64,000 nt of DNA, taken from positions 31,620,001 to 31,684,000 of the forward strand of contig NC_086105.1 in the NCBI RefSeq assembly GCF_963921235.1. Direction: 5' to 3'. The notes beneath the pieces were generated by a model. It did not search any database, was not told where the DNA came from, and was given only the letters and a program-made list of their open reading frames with translations. Within the stretch, counting starts at the first letter, position 1, and the number at the start of each line of letters is the position of its first letter. This stretch comes from Mobula hypostoma. Taxonomy: Eukaryota. Shown here one piece after another: positions 1-13,444 of the stretch. A program made the translations under genes and the position numbers.

Positions 1-1000
1 AATGGCTGCTCAGATTTCAGTGTTGTAAATGATTGCCATAATGGAATCTAGAATCCAACTTTTTTTTTACTTTAAGTGGATCAAATGCAAGATTGTCACC
101 CCATATGAAGCAACAGGAAATGTTGCAACAATAATGCACCAACGGTGGGCAGCTTGGAAGTCTGCATCTGAGCATTTGTTTGCTCCATATTCACTAGCAT
201 GTTTAGTGAGATTCTAAAATGAGGAGTTCCTATTCACAGTCAGTCTAAACATCAAAATTTTATAGGATATTTTGTCAATCCTGTCCCATATAAATAATAT
301 AGTGAATCATACACTCATTGACAAATGATTGAAGACAGCTCAGTGACAGTATTTTGCCTTATTGACTGAGTAGCTATTTACCAACTTATAACATCTTGTT
401 TCCAATTAATACCAATGTCCAGAAAAAGTGAAGTTTCATCAACATGCAACGTAAATTGCAAACTTAACACTGCTTCAAGGTACTAAATATATTAGCTGAG
501 ATTGTTTGTTTCCTCTAGACTGCATAGTCCAGTGTAATAAAACTCAGCAGAGGACGGTTATGCCAATATACACTTACAGCTTTGTCAAGAACTAATAATA
601 TTTCAAAAATTAATTTATCTTCAAAACTTTTCCATGTAGACTAGATGCAAACATACACAAAAGTAACTGATAGGACGAAGATACATGTTTTCTGCTGTTC
701 TGTAATTAAAAAGCAAAGCTCAGACTTTTAACTCTTTGGCTCTCAGCTTTGGGTAGCCACCACATACCTCTTTGTGATACTGGAATGATTTTAAAATGTT
801 TTTTGTACAATAACAGGTAAAGCTATGGATAAACAGATAAAAGGTTGTTAGCCAGAATGTATATTGTTGACATCTGCACCTATGTATATTTGTAAATGTT
901 TGTAACATTATCCTTTACATTCCAATTAAACTGTAATATATAAAATATAAATTCAAGTGATAGTATTGTTCATGCTATAGGCAAAAGATATAATGTAGAA
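1..1000 (+). other. AT-rich non-repetitive segment, possibly the distal 3' UTR of a convergent upstream gene (BRAF by synteny)
   Basis: No credible ORF; U/A-rich with ATTAAA near 925. In human, BRAF converges on the NDUFB2 3' end. Inference from synteny only. Confidence 0.25.
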
Positions 1001-1609
1001 TTTCAACTTTGCCTTCAGAAGCTGATTAATGCAAAAAAAAATATTCAGCTTATATTATGAAGTTGTTGCTTTCTATGCACTTTAACAGGTTTCAGTTTCT
1101 TGGGTAGTTTGCAAACTGCTGTATCAAGTCTTGATTTTATATATTTTGTGATTGTGTGTAATATTGTAGTTGCTCCCAGAGAGTTCAGAGCTAAATAATT
1201 CAAAATTAAAGTAGCACTAAGAAAGCTGAGCTCACAACTGATAATGTAATGAAGTAGCATGGGATTTGTCTACTCATCTAATTTCATGCTCTTCAGTAAC
1301 CAGAAATATTAAAATCTTATACCTCAGCTGGTACTCTCTACTTCATGAGCCTAATCCAAACTGCCTAAAATTTAAAAACTCCTTTGGCATCGTTAGAGTG
1401 CTTTTTCAGAGACTCCTAGCCAAAATTGGAGTTCTTGGAATTGAAATGAAATTTGGTGAAACTGATTTGAGTAGCCTGAAGCAGAACAAACAACAGGGGA
1501 AAAATCCAAAATGGCAGCATGAGTAATTGTGCCATTTTTCATCCATGTTGGGGACCCTACTACTCACGATTCTAAATGAAAGACAGAAGATTTAAATCTA
1601 CTCCCAACT

Positions 1610-1750
1610 TTTTTTTTATCCAGTCCTGCCGTAGGTTTTCAGCCCGAAACGTTGACTACTCTTTTCCTAGACGCTGCCTGGCCTGCTGAGTTCCTCCAGC
1701 ATTTTCTGTGTGTTGCTTGGATTTCCAGCATCTGCAGATTTTCTCTTGTT
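1610..1750 (+). mobile_element. Short Penelope pLTR-derived element with degenerate hammerhead core
   Basis: cagtcctgccgtagg...cccgaaacgttgact followed by gctgcctggcctgctgagttcctccagc, matching other copies in the window. Confidence 0.65.
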
Positions 1751-3290
1751 TGCTTTTAGGTTGATGACCATTTATTGGAACTGAGTGAAGTTAGAAACTA
1801 AGAACGTTTTAAATTGTAGAAAAGGGGATGGGAGGGCACAACTATCCTGATTGCGCCCTCTCTCATAACACCTCCTGTAAGAAAACCATTACATTTTCTT
1901 AATTTGTTTAGCAGTGATTTTTGTTTTACACTTGTGCTTCCAAAATGTTGTCTTTTCTTGGTAACTGGTTTCCCCACTATCTTTGTTGACAAAACTTTTC
2001 AGCTGTGTTTCCATTTCATTTCTCAGAACTCTGCTCTCACTGCTTTCCATATGATTTTCTTTGTCCTATCTTTCACCCCCATCAGTCTCCACATTTCAAT
2101 GGTTATGCCCTGTAATTTCTACTACTGGGCAAATCAACCCCTCCCATGTCATCATTCAGAAAGGAACTTTTGCTCAATCTTTCACCTCAACTAACAAACA
2201 TTCCCTTCTCGTGATACCACAGCAGATAGGAAGTCTCTCCTTTTACTTCCCCTTCTGGAAGCAGTAAATTACACAATATTTTGATAGATTAAGTAAATAA
2301 GCAAAATCTTCAAAGGGTTTTGGCCATTCAAAAATGAACTATTCAGTTTACAGCTTAAAAATTTAACTTTGTATATTCTAATATGTTGAAAATCTAAATA
2401 TGAGATTTCAATGATTAAAGTATCTAATATAGCTACAAAAATATGATAGGATACTGCACAGCAAGAAAACCACATTAAGGAGAGGTTATGCCATGGGCAT
2501 GTTACTTAAAAATCTAATTAGCTTAAATATGATGAACAGCTCTTAACATTACATCTGGAAGGCTTTGGAAGGAGTGTAATGTAGAGTAGAACTGCTGTGA
2601 TCTGGACAGGTTATTCCAATATACTTGCAATACTGGCATCCATCTGTCCCAGACATGTCCTGTACACGAACAGTAGGGCAGGTCCATTCCTAATTACCTG
2701 TCTACACTGATGGAGATAACCAAAGTTGCTATGCCATTTATTCACCAAAACATGCTCACTGAAGCTCAGTTTGAATACTTCCAGATGCACTATTCAAGTT
2801 CTTACTACAACTTTGGACCAAATAGCAGAATTCCAGAGGCAGGGGCAATTGTATTTATTTTTCACTCATTCATTTTGCAGGATCTGAGCATCACCAACAA
2901 GACCAGATTAATTGCCCATCTGTGAGATATCTCACAAAGGAGATGATGGGCGTTCTTGAACTGCAGTCCTGGTAAAGGACTCCCACAGTCCTGATGGGTA
3001 GGGAGTTCCAGGATTTAGAGCCAGTGAGGAAAGAGCGGATTGTGTACAAATTGGAAGGGATTGTGCAGGTAAGTGAAGCCCTTGTTCTTAGTAGAGGGTA
3101 CAAACTTGGGTAATTCTGGCAGAGGTGAGTTATTGCATTGCATTTTGTAAATGGAACTAATTCCAGACACTGTATTCTGATGGAGGAAGGAATGCACGTT
3201 GAGAAAATCTGATGGTTGCCATTTAAATTAACGACAAGGGCAGAGGAATTACTTTGAATTAATTTAAAAGAGGGATTAGACAAATTAGTA

Positions 3291-3436
3291 AACACGAGGA
3301 AACCTGCAGATGCTGAAAATCCAAGCAACACACACAAAAAATGCTGGTGAACGCAGCAGCCCAGGCAGCATTTATAGGAAGAGGTACAGTTGACGTTTCA
3401 GGCCTGACCTTTCGTCGCATTTTTTGTGTGTGTTGC
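3291..3436. mobile_element. Short palindromic Penelope-derived insertion
   Basis: 15-bp TSD TTAGACAAATTAGTA at 3276-3290 and 3437-3451; inverted ends gcaacacacacaaaaaatgc / gcattttttgtgtgtgttgc. Confidence 0.8.
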
Positions 3437-4435
3437 TTAGACAAATTAGTATCTTATTCATTAGTGTTTAAAAAAGTCAAGATGTGACTGATAGAAGTTT
3501 TGATCGTTTGAAATGGAAACAGAGCAGGACTTAAGTGCTGAAGACCTGGATTATCAGTTTTATTGTATTGCAGTGTAGACTCAGTGGCCACTTTCTTAGG
3601 TACACCAGCTCATTGATGCAATTATCTAAAGAGCCAATCATATGGCAGCAATTCCATGCATGAAAGCATGAAGAAAATGGTAGAGGTTCATTTGATGAAA
3701 AAGGACCTAGTGGTTTCCCAGCGTATATGACAAATAAACTCTTCTTGGGCTTATCTGTACCCAGCTTAAAGCCCAAGAAGAGTTTATTCAGGTTCATTTG
3801 TTGTTCAGACCAAAAATCAGAATGGGGAAGAAATGTGATCAAGTGACTTTGATTGTTGATGCCCAAATGGGCCAGTATGAGTATCTTAGAAACTGCTGGG
3901 ATTTTCTCCACAAGTTAACAGTCTTGCGAGTTTACAATGGTGCAAAAAAAAAAATCCATTAAGTCTGTGGGAGAAAGTGCCTTGTTAATGAGATGTCAGA
4001 GGAGAATGGCCAGACTGGTTGAAGCTGACAGGGAAGTCAGTATAACCCCACATTACAATAGTGGTGTGCAGAAGAGCATCTCTGAACACACAACAGGACA
4101 AACCTTGGAGTGGATGTACTTCAGCAACAGAAAACTACGAACATACTCAGTAACCACTTTACTAGGTACAGGAGGTACCGACTATGGATAAGGTTTAAAA
4201 TAAAGCTGTTCAAGCATGACAGCGTTTTAAAGGCCATGTAAGGAATGGTGGGGATAGAGCTCCCTTGCACTTCATTGCGAATGGACCACCCAATCAAAAG
4301 GCACAAACTGTTGTGTTCTGGGAGAATCAAGAGCAATTGGTCAATCATTGGCTCTTCAAACCTATATGCCAAGTCTCAGAAAGTTTTGGTTGCCAAGTGC
4401 AGAGAATTATTTGCAACACTGCTGTTCTTCTAGAC

Positions 4436-4626
4436 CAGGGGTAGGCAACCTTAAGTACAAATGATTTTCTAGCACGCGTTATTCATTAATTTGAGGCCAA
4501 ACATAACTAGATTTATTTAAATGGATAATTCCCATATTTCAAGTTTTTTATGGCATTTATCTGGCCCACTGTCCGCTCATTAATATGCGATCCGGCCCAC
4601 AGAGACAAAAAGGTTGCCGACCCCTG
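4436..4626. mobile_element. hAT (Charlie-like) MITE
   Basis: TIRs CAGGGGTAGGCAACC / GGTTGCCGACCCCTG; 8-bp TSD TTCTAGAC at 4428-4435 and 4627-4634. Confidence 0.85.
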
Positions 4627-4996
4627 TTCTAGACTCATGCCTCACCTGGGCAATTTTCTTTCTCTGGAACCAGTAAATATGTTAATGAGTCTATATGCCT
4701 CCAAGACTTTACCCATAGCATACAATCTGCCATGACTTTAGCTCTTGCTGGGTCATTTGAAATCGTTTTTTTTTTTAAAAACTTTTTAATTTTAGTACTG
4801 TGTACATGGAATAAATTCTTTCCCAGTTTAAAAAATTCAGTTTACTGAATTTTATTCAATACACATCCCTACTGAAGAGATGGTTTCTGATTTTCATATT
4901 TAGTTATTCCTGAAATTTGGAAGTGGATGTGGTTAAATTTGTCCTATTACATTTCATTACACAATTAACAAGAAATTAATTGCATGATTATAATCT

Positions 4997-5442
4997 GTGT
5001 ACATACATCTACTGATGCTTCTGGACACACCTTCAGTGATGTTCCTGGAATCATCGGCTGTTTCGGGTCTTTCAACATCATACAACCTCCTCTAGGTGAC
5101 CCAGCCAGTGCTGATCAGTCCCCAGCTTGTGTCCAGATGGCTAGCTACTTATGACTCCATGGCTCCTCTCTTTTGAGCCACAGCCATCTTGAGGCCCTCT
5201 CTGCTGCATTGGTGATACTGTGTATGGCTCTCCTCTTCCTCGATGCCCAAGTTGCTGAAGGCTCTAACTAAGGAACAGGCTGCGAATCCCCTACAACCAA
5301 CCTCCACTGGGAGACACCTCGCTCTCCATCCAGCCTGCTGATAGTTGCGGACCGGTACTACGTACTTGGAGAGCTTCCTTTCAAAGGTCTCTTCCAAGCT
5401 ATCTTCCCATGGGACTGTCAGCTCCAGCAGCACCACTTGCTT
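4997..5442 (-). mobile_element. 5'-truncated Hero/NeSL-like non-LTR retrotransposon (restriction-like endonuclease C-terminus)
   Basis: ORF 5149-5454 contains ELTVPWE...KY...GW...PVEVGCRGF; 23-bp direct repeat AATTAATTGCATGATTATAATCT at 4974-4996 and 5443-5465. Confidence 0.75.
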
Positions 5443-5689
5443 AATTAATTGCATGATTATAATCTTAGTAAATGGTTCAAAGTTTGTAAAGCAAGAGCAC
5501 AGCTCTGGTGGTTTATGAGATGAAAGAGTTCCTAGTTAACTTACAAGAGCAGTTATTTTATTATGAAATCAATACTTGCACTGAAGCAAATGATTTCATT
5601 CTTATTCATGTACAAGAAATAATAATTTTCCATTTCATCAACTAAACAAAAGGATCTTGTAATCTTAAAAAGAGTAGAGAATACCAAGT

Positions 5690-5792
5690 TTTAGTACTGT
5701 ACAGGTAATACATTTATTCCAATTTAATTTACAATAAAGGTGATTTCTTCAAGTGTCAGATGAATTCCTCCAGAAACTCCGTGAAGAAAACA
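5690..5792 (-). other. NDUFB2: NDUFB2 probable non-coding 3' terminal exon
   Basis: Acceptor tttttgtttttctttcag ending at 5793; AATAAA (minus) at 5718-5713; donor aag|gtaggt at 7616, 23 nt after the stop codon. Confidence 0.6.
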
Positions 5793-5982
5793 CTGAAAGA
5801 AAAACAAAAACATAATTTCCAAGCTTTTAGAGTGCAAATGTTTACAAGTAAAAGCCACCTATAGCCTCTGCATTTAATGGGAAAAAGTAATATTGAGGGA
5901 GCATAGAACATAGAAAGTCTTGAGATTTGTTCCCAGAACCGTGCAGCTACACATTCTTAAATCAAGGCAGAGTTAGAAACGC

Positions 5983-6832
5983 AAACATGAGGAATTCTGC
6001 AGATGCTGGAAATTCAAGCAACACCCATCAAAGTTGCTGGTGAACGCAGCAGGCCAGGCAGCATCTCCAGGAAGAGGTACAGTCGACGTTTCAGGCCAAG
6101 ACCCTTCGTCAGGACTAACTGAAGGAAGAGTTAGTAAGAGATTTGAAAGTGGGAGGGGGAGGGGGAGATCCAAAATGATAGAAGACAGGAGGGGGAGGGA
6201 TGGAGCGAAGAGCTGGACAGTTGATTGGCAAAAGGGATATGAGAGGATCATGGGACAGGAGGCCCAGGGAAAAGGAAAAGGGGGAGGGGGGAAAAAAAAC
6301 CCAGAGGATGGGCAAGGGGTATAGTCAGAGGGAGAAAAAGGAGAGAGAGAGAGAAAGAATGTGTGTATATAAATAAATAACGGATGGGGTACGAGGGGGA
6401 GGTGGGGCATTAGCAGAAGTTAGAGAAGTCAATGTTCATGCCGTCAGGTTGAAGGCTACCCAGACGGAATACAAGGTGTTAATCCTCCAACCTGAGTGTG
6501 GCTTCATCTTTACAGTAGAGGAGGCCGTGGATAGACATATCAGAATGGGAATGGGACGTGGAATTAAAATATGTGGCCACTGGGAGATCCTGCTTTCTCT
6601 GGCGGATGGAGCGTAGGTGTTCAGCGAAACGATCTCCCAGTCTGCGTCGGGTCTCACCAATATATAGAAGGCCACATCGGGAGCACTGGACGCAGTATAT
6701 CACCCCAGCACTCACAGGTGAAATGTCGCCTCACCTGGAAGGACTGTTTGGGGCCCTGAATGGTGGTAAGGGAGGAAGTGTAAGGGCATGTGTAGCACTT
6801 GTTCCGCTTACAAGGATAAGTGCCAGGAGGGA
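5983..6832 (-). mobile_element. Penelope-like element 3' part (GIY-YIG endonuclease remnant + pLTR with hammerhead)
   Basis: ORF GVIYCVQCSRCGLLYIGETRRRLGDRFAEH; 15-bp TSD CAGAGTTAGAAACGC at 5968-5982 and 6833-6847. Confidence 0.85.
6080..6117 (-). ncRNA. Minimal type I hammerhead ribozyme motif
   Basis: Minus strand reads tagtc-CTGACGA-a-gggtcttggcct-GAAAC-GTC-gactg; stem I tagtc/gactg. Confidence 0.7.
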
Positions 6833-7639
6833 CAGAGTTAGAAACGCTACACATTTTACAGGTGATGATCTACGAATGAAAATTTAGACTGCTGTGTATT
6901 TGCATCTTGTTGGAATGAGAGTTAATTTGGTTGTTGTGAGAATTAAATCAAATTTTATGGTGATGCTCGCCAATCAAATTTTCCCAGCAGTCAGCATTTT
7001 GGTCCATACATGAAAAATATTCACAAGGGAGGTGGTACTGATGACCGGCTTGCTCCCTTGAAATCAATCTGTGTACCATTTTAATGTTTATTTTTAAAAA
7101 ATAGCTTAAAACTGTATGCAGGTAATAGCTGTGTATGTAAATAGAAAATTAGGTGCAAGACCAATCAAGATTATATCCACATGGGCGGGGGGGGGGGGGG
7201 AAGGTGCAGAAATCACAGAAGTATATCACACTGTTTAATTAAACAATATAATAAGAAAAAGGCATGATTCAAATTAAACATGGACATTTCCACATTGGAC
7301 CAATATGTATGTCATAACAGGACACTGGAAATTCCATACGAGTACGCTGGGCAGCAAGGGACTAATAATTTACTTTGATTTTTGTGATTTGGCCAAAGGA
7401 GGAAGCAAGCACAATTTAGATTCAAGATACTTTTACTGGGGGCGGGGGGGAGTAGGCACTATTAACAATTCTATGTGGGAGATTTATTTAAAAAGTCTGG
7501 AAATATTACTCAGGGAAGGATGTAGGTTTAAATAAAATCAACTTGTTTACTCACAATAAAAGCCATTAATAATCCTTCAACACTGCAAGCACAAACTATC
7601 AATGCATTGAACCTACCTTTTTAAAAAAAGACATTTAAG

Positions 7640-7714
7640 TCATTCCTCATCAATTGGAGGAATGCCCAACTCCTCATCAGTCCACTCAGAGGGATCAGGA
7701 TAAGGAAAGTGACC
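7640..7714 (-). CDS. NDUFB2: NADH:ubiquinone oxidoreductase subunit B2, coding exon 3
   Basis: GHFPYPDPSEWTDEELGIPPIDEE*, the typical NDUFB2 C-terminus; acceptor attatag. Confidence 0.95.
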   Translation of the reverse strand, partial: GHFPYPDPSEWTDEELGIPPIDEE

Positions 7715-9423
7715 CTATAATACAACAATACCAGACTTTAATTGTGGATAGTGGAGGCGATTTCTTGAAGCAACTTCTATTTAAATCAACATGTAATACA
7801 TCAAGTACAGAAGCTTACTTTTTATGAAATCTTGTTTAATTCTGCCAAAATTTAGCCATCATCAGCAAATCACATTTTAATAACCTGCCTTTATGTACTG
7901 TGGTTCCAAATTAAACTACTATAATAGGTTTTTACAACAAATGCCTCTTGCAGTAACATTAGTCAGCCCATTGTTTTAAACTTTCTTTGGGCAACAATCT
8001 ATGTCATTAGTCAAAGTTAAGTTTTACCTTGACTTTATATACTTGTGTACTTGTTTAATAGCCTGCACTATACTGATAACACTTTGTTGTTCCCCTAAAA
8101 GGTAGGCCAGAGCAATGTTTGTGCACAATTACAATTAGATTCACAGCTGCTCCAATATTAAATCTTCTTTGTCTAAAGTAATATGTAGTCATGGGCCACC
8201 CTAGCCTTTAGATTAAAGCAGAACAATTGCGCAAAGGTAACATTAATAACATTCAAGTCAACTAAAGGAAGCAAATGAAGTCAATGGGAACTATGTGAGT
8301 AGGAAGGGTTGGATTGATCTTGGAGTAGGTTAAAAGGTTGCAAACATCATGGGCCAAAGAGCCTGTATTGTGCTGTGTTCTTCTACTGAATGTTTTATTA
8401 ACTTTCAATGACAACCCAATGATGTAACAAATACTGGCAATAACAGATACGATTTTGGTTTACTGAATTTAGTCACCCCCAACCATCACATTTACCCAAT
8501 GCCACTGATCTTCAGTTAAAAATAAACCAAATTTCTCATCCTTTCGATTTTTTTTTCTGTCTCTTAAACATCATCCAGTTCCAATACGCCAAGAACTTGG
8601 ATTCCTATTCTGGCCCTTTACAAGAAGCCAATTTTTTTAAAACACTCAACCAATGGCATTGTTCCTAAACTCCTCACCCAAAGGGTACTTTGATGACCTA
8701 GCTGCTGGCCACCTGTTCTTGTGGGGCACAATGTAAAATTTTATCCAGTACTGGGCTTTCGTGGGATGGCCTCTGTGCCAAAGGCAGTTAATAAATGCAA
8801 TGTCTTGGGCTTTTCTCAATACAGAAAACAGCTAGAAAGACTGCCCTGAAATGCAAAAGCAATGTTAATGAATGTTGCATTTTTTCTTATTTTACAGCCC
8901 TAAAAAAAATACATTAAAACATAACATTTATTCAATGATCTTTGAATATCTTTCTCCAAGTAGCTAATTCTTCCATTTATTTGAATGGAAATACTGTGCT
9001 TTGGGCAGCTCCCTAACCTGATAACTCAATGTTCTCAAAAATCTGTGCTGTCACATTTGACTCCACGGGAAGTTCAATACTGCAGCACAGGGGTACTGGG
9101 TTCCCTAGGTTCAGTCCCACACTGGCTCTGGAAGACTAGACTTCCACCAGAAAAAGCTTGAAAGATTTGAAGCTTAAGCTAGCTGCAATTTACTTTATAT
9201 TTCAACAAAATGATAGAAACTACACCACTAAATCAGAAGCACAGTATGAAATAAACTGAGTCTGAAGATTGCTTGGATACCTAAAAAAACCCATCTGCAA
9301 GCAGTCAGTGAGGATAAAGAATGCATTAAGGCACACAATTCTGCACTCTCCCTCCACTATGCGAAGTGAAAATGATCAATTACTACATGAATGTGGAATA
9401 TTAAAGGTTGATGAAGTACTCAC

Positions 9424-9568
9424 AATGACTGCATCAGTATCATGCCACAGATGCCATAATATCCAGAACCACATGAAACCACTGAGAAACTCGGACTGGA
9501 ACACTTGCTTTTTGGTCAACTCTGGATATTGTCGATATTGAGGCTCAATGTGGACCCCACCACCAGCT
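9424..9568 (-). CDS. NDUFB2: NDUFB2 coding exon 2
   Basis: (R)[48 protein letters not shown]; 145 nt; ttttccag acceptor and gtgagt donor. Confidence 0.95.
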
Positions 9569-9950
9569 CTGGAAAAGGCAACAGGGTTGGGAGAGTAATT
9601 TATGCTAGAATATACAGACATGCATATCATACACCAACGCAAGAAATTGGAGCAGAACACATCACTCCATTCTTCAATAAAAGCACAGAAGAATATCTTC
9701 ATCCTTAACCCCACAACTTTGTTGGTGCCCAACAATCTATCAAACCCACCCTTTTAATATACCTGAAACAAAAAGATTTTCAACCTATGAAAGCAAAAGA
9801 AAACAGTTCAGGCTGTGTTTTGCAACTTAGCTAAAATTACCATTTATAATATGAAATGTAACATGATCATATAAGATCTATTATTATGGTTTCAGCGTTC
9901 CATCTCAAGACAATCTCATGAAAAACTTCATTCTAGGCTTAATCATACTC

Positions 9951-10104
9951 TAAGTCGACCTTCACTTATCCAACTACCCGTAAACCGGTTCCTTCGATAA
10001 TCCAGTATTGATTATGCTTCATGTGATCCTTCTGTAATTCGGCATTTTCACTAATCTGGCACTCCTCAGGTCCCAATGGTGCCAGATTAGTGAAGGTCGA
10101 CCTG
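9951..10104. mobile_element. pogo/Tigger-like MITE (copy 1)
   Basis: TIR (C)AGGTCGACCTTCACTAATC; related copy in the opposite orientation at 57910-58063. Confidence 0.7.
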
Positions 10105-10365
10105 TATTTGCACCTATGATAGGGGTGTATTATGGGAGGGGTAGCACCTCTGGTGAAGGGGCCTGTTATGTCCACCCTGGGACAGCTCACTCACCTTTGG
10201 TCTCCACCAAACGTTCAGCTGTCACCTACGGATCCAAGTAACTGTTTGCATGTGACAGTGGCCACGTCCTGGTACATGGCTTCGACAGATAGTCTAAACA
10301 AGGAGAGGGTAGCCAGCAAGCCTAACACTTTGGTGAGACAGGGCCATGCCTGTCCTAACATTGTA

Positions 10366-11730
10366 AAAGTATTCAGTCCCCAACCCCTTGTTCATAAAAA
10401 TGAGTATTAGAAGCAGAGATTTTGATCAATTTAAATGAGAATTTTTATTTGTGAATCATATGCTCCTTTTTTCACAGTAGAATCCATAGAACAAGGGAAA
10501 ATGTAAAGCATGAAAAACTAAAAATTCAAAAGCAAGTATCAGCAGTTTAAAAAAAAGTATTCATCCCCCTTTGCTCAGTACTTAGTTGAACCACTTCTTG
10601 TGGCTATTACAGCCAGTATTCTTTTTGGTTAAGTCTCTATTAGCTTTGAACAACGTGATGGAGCAAGATTTGTCCATCCTCCTTGCAAAACTGCTATGCC
10701 AAGCTAGTAGGGGAAAGGCAGCATACAGCAATCTTGAGGTCTTGCCAAAGATATTCGAACGCATTAAGGTCAGGGCTCTAATTGGGTCACTGAAAGACAT
10801 CACTTTTCTTCACTTGAACCCACTCCATGGTTGCTCTGGCAGTGTGTTTTGGGTTGTTGTCCTACTGAAAGATGAGCCTCCTCCCTCATTTAAGCTTTCT
10901 GGCAGAGGCTAGCAGGTTTTTAATCCAGGATCTCTGTATTTAGCAGCATTTATCTACCCATCAATTTCCAGTCCCTGCTGTCTCCATCATACTTTACAGA
11001 AGGAATGGTGTTACCTGGCTGATGCGCAGTTTTGGACTTACGCCACACGTACTGCTCAGCGTTGAGGCCAAAAAGTTCCACTTTAGTCTCATCCAACCAC
11101 AACGATCTTGTTCTATATCTTTACAGTATCTTCTAAGTGATGCTTTGCAAAGTCTTTATGGGCAAGGATGCACACCTTTTTTTTTTAAAGCCAGGGTTTC
11201 TTCCTTGCCACTCTTCCATTAATACTCTTCTTGTGGCAGGCCTTAGAGATTGCAGAGCCAAAAACTTCATCTCCAGTTGCAGCCACTAACTTCTGTAGCT
11301 CATTCAGGGTTAGCATCACACTAGCCTCTCTTACAAGTGGAATTCTTCTCCAGTGACTAAGTTCAGAGCGGTGGCCTTATCTAGGCAGTGTGGCTGTCAT
11401 TTCGTATTTTTCCACATTTTTATGATGGACTGCACTGAGCTCAGGAGGTATGTTCAAATGGTCTTGTATTGTTTCCCAGATTTGTGCTTCTCTAATTTGC
11501 ATTTTCCTGACTGTCTTGAATGCCCTTGTCTTTATTTTGGTTTGGTCTGTTGAAAATCTACCATACTGTTGGACTCTACAGGGAGAAGGGGTATTTATTG
11601 TTATGAATTCATTGAAAACAGGTGATCCTCCAATTTTCTACATCAACAAATTCAGTGAGTTGTACCCATGGAAAGTTAGCATAGTAATTACAAAGGGGAT
11701 AAATAATTTTGCAGCCTCACAATTTTGGAT
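10366..11730 (-). mobile_element. Degenerate Tc1 transposon
   Basis: aaagtattca(g/t)cccc terminal-type motifs and fragmented transposase-like sequence on the minus strand; boundaries approximate. Confidence 0.55.
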
Positions 11731-11830
11731 TTTTTTCTTTTGATTTGACATGATACGCAACATTTTGTAGATTAGCTCAAAACTACTACTACAATTTTAA
11801 ATTTAGAAAATGGGATTAGTAAATTGTGAA

Positions 11831-11966
11831 GCAACGCACATAATGCTGGAGAAACTCAGTAGATCAGGCTGCATCTATGGAAAAGAGTAAACAGTTGACA
11901 TTTCAGGACCCACCAGCATTTTGAGTGTTTTGCTTTGGACTTCCAGCATCTGCAGACCTTCACGTG
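11831..11966. mobile_element. Short palindromic Penelope-derived insertion
   Basis: TSD TTAGTAAA(T/A)TGTGAA at 11816-11830 and 11967-11981. Confidence 0.7.
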
Positions 11967-13352
11967 TTAGTAAAATGTGAACATAATTGTGGGGGCTATT
12001 TTTTCAAGGCACTGTAGCTTCAACAAACTGGCGGATGAGATCTACAGTGAAATCCAATGGCCAGGAAGGCAGTCCTACAACGCTCCGTGGAGAGTGAAGG
12101 GCATGACATGGCACAGAAGTTGTTATGATCATCCACTGCAACCAAGGAAGACCCCAGTTGTGATGACTACTCGTACCACTAGACGTAGACCTCCAAGGTC
12201 GAGAGTGGAACTGCCCCAGCGCAACCACTTATCCACTTTAAAAATCTCTCCCACAGGTTTCCTGTCATCGTCAGATACAATGAATAACCACCATCCCATT
12301 ATAACCTTTTTAAAATTAAAAAGACAAATTTAACTGTCTCTTTGTAAAACAGTTTATTCTTTGCCCTTCTGCTTCAGAAAACAATCTTCAATGTATACAT
12401 TTATTTCTTTCCTCCTTTATCTTTGACCATTAGATACAGGTTTCAGATGCCTCAGGGTTTTATTCTAATTTCTTTATTAATACACTACTAGCACTATATT
12501 TGATGTTAGGAAGCCAACATTTTTCCTCCAGTAGCCGTTTGTTATTTCCTGCCTTAACATATACTGATTATGCATCCTGATTTTCTGTTTAAAAAGGTAT
12601 TTGGACAAGTTCATAAGACACAGGAATAGTATCAGCCATTCAGCCCATGAAGTTTGCTCTGCCATTCAATCATGTCCGATTTATCTTCCTTCTCAACCCC
12701 ATCCTCCTGATAAAAAAGGTTTAGAAAGATATGGGCCAAATGGGACTAGTTCAAGGTCAGGATGGACGAGTTGAACCAAAGGACCCATTTCCTATGACCC
12801 CCAGATCATACCCATTTATATATAGTTGCACTTGGAAAAAAACAGAAATTGTGGCAATCAGCTATAGCACTCTTAAATTTCACTTTTCCCCCGATGTGAC
12901 TTTGATTATTAATGCCGCCTTATTAAACTGTTCCTAACAGCTTTTGATTTTACCTTTCTCTACAGACATAAAGTCCACCCTGACATAACACATTTTCACT
13001 TATTAGTTTAAAATTCCTTAGCGCATCACGGCTATATTATCTGCTAGTACACTACTCTCCGTCGTAACAAAGAGTATTCCATCCCAAATTTCACCAACAC
13101 CTGGTTGAAACGTCTTATCATTTCATTTTTCAGCTAAACATTTGGATCTCCAGCTTCTATATCTTCGAGACAATTGCAAGCATTTCAAGGTGTAATTGAG
13201 AGGTGAAATCTGGATCTCACACAGAAGGTTATGATCTCGGGTATGCAACTCCATGTCCCTCTCTTCTTTTTCCGACCTTCAGCCATCTCTCACCTATCCT
13301 TCCGCTGCCGCCTGCACAGCATCAAAGCTGTAGTGATCTCCCCAACACTCAC

Positions 13353-13444
13353 CTTCTGACGGGAAGAACCCCTCTGCTCCCGCCAGCCTGCAGTAGCCAG
13401 GCCCCCCGCCGCAGCGCTGCCCCGACCCCTCTGCACCAGGACAT
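13353..13444 (-). CDS. NDUFB2: NDUFB2 coding exon 1 (mitochondrial presequence)
   Basis: MSWCRGVGAALRRGAWLLQAGGSRGVLPVR + AG|gtgagt; phase 2 matches exon 2; Arg-rich with no acidic residues. Confidence 0.9.

Noticed and set aside
7617-7639. 3' UTR intron as an NMD trigger for NDUFB2
   Set aside because: The junction is only 23 nt after the stop, below the 50-55 nt rule.
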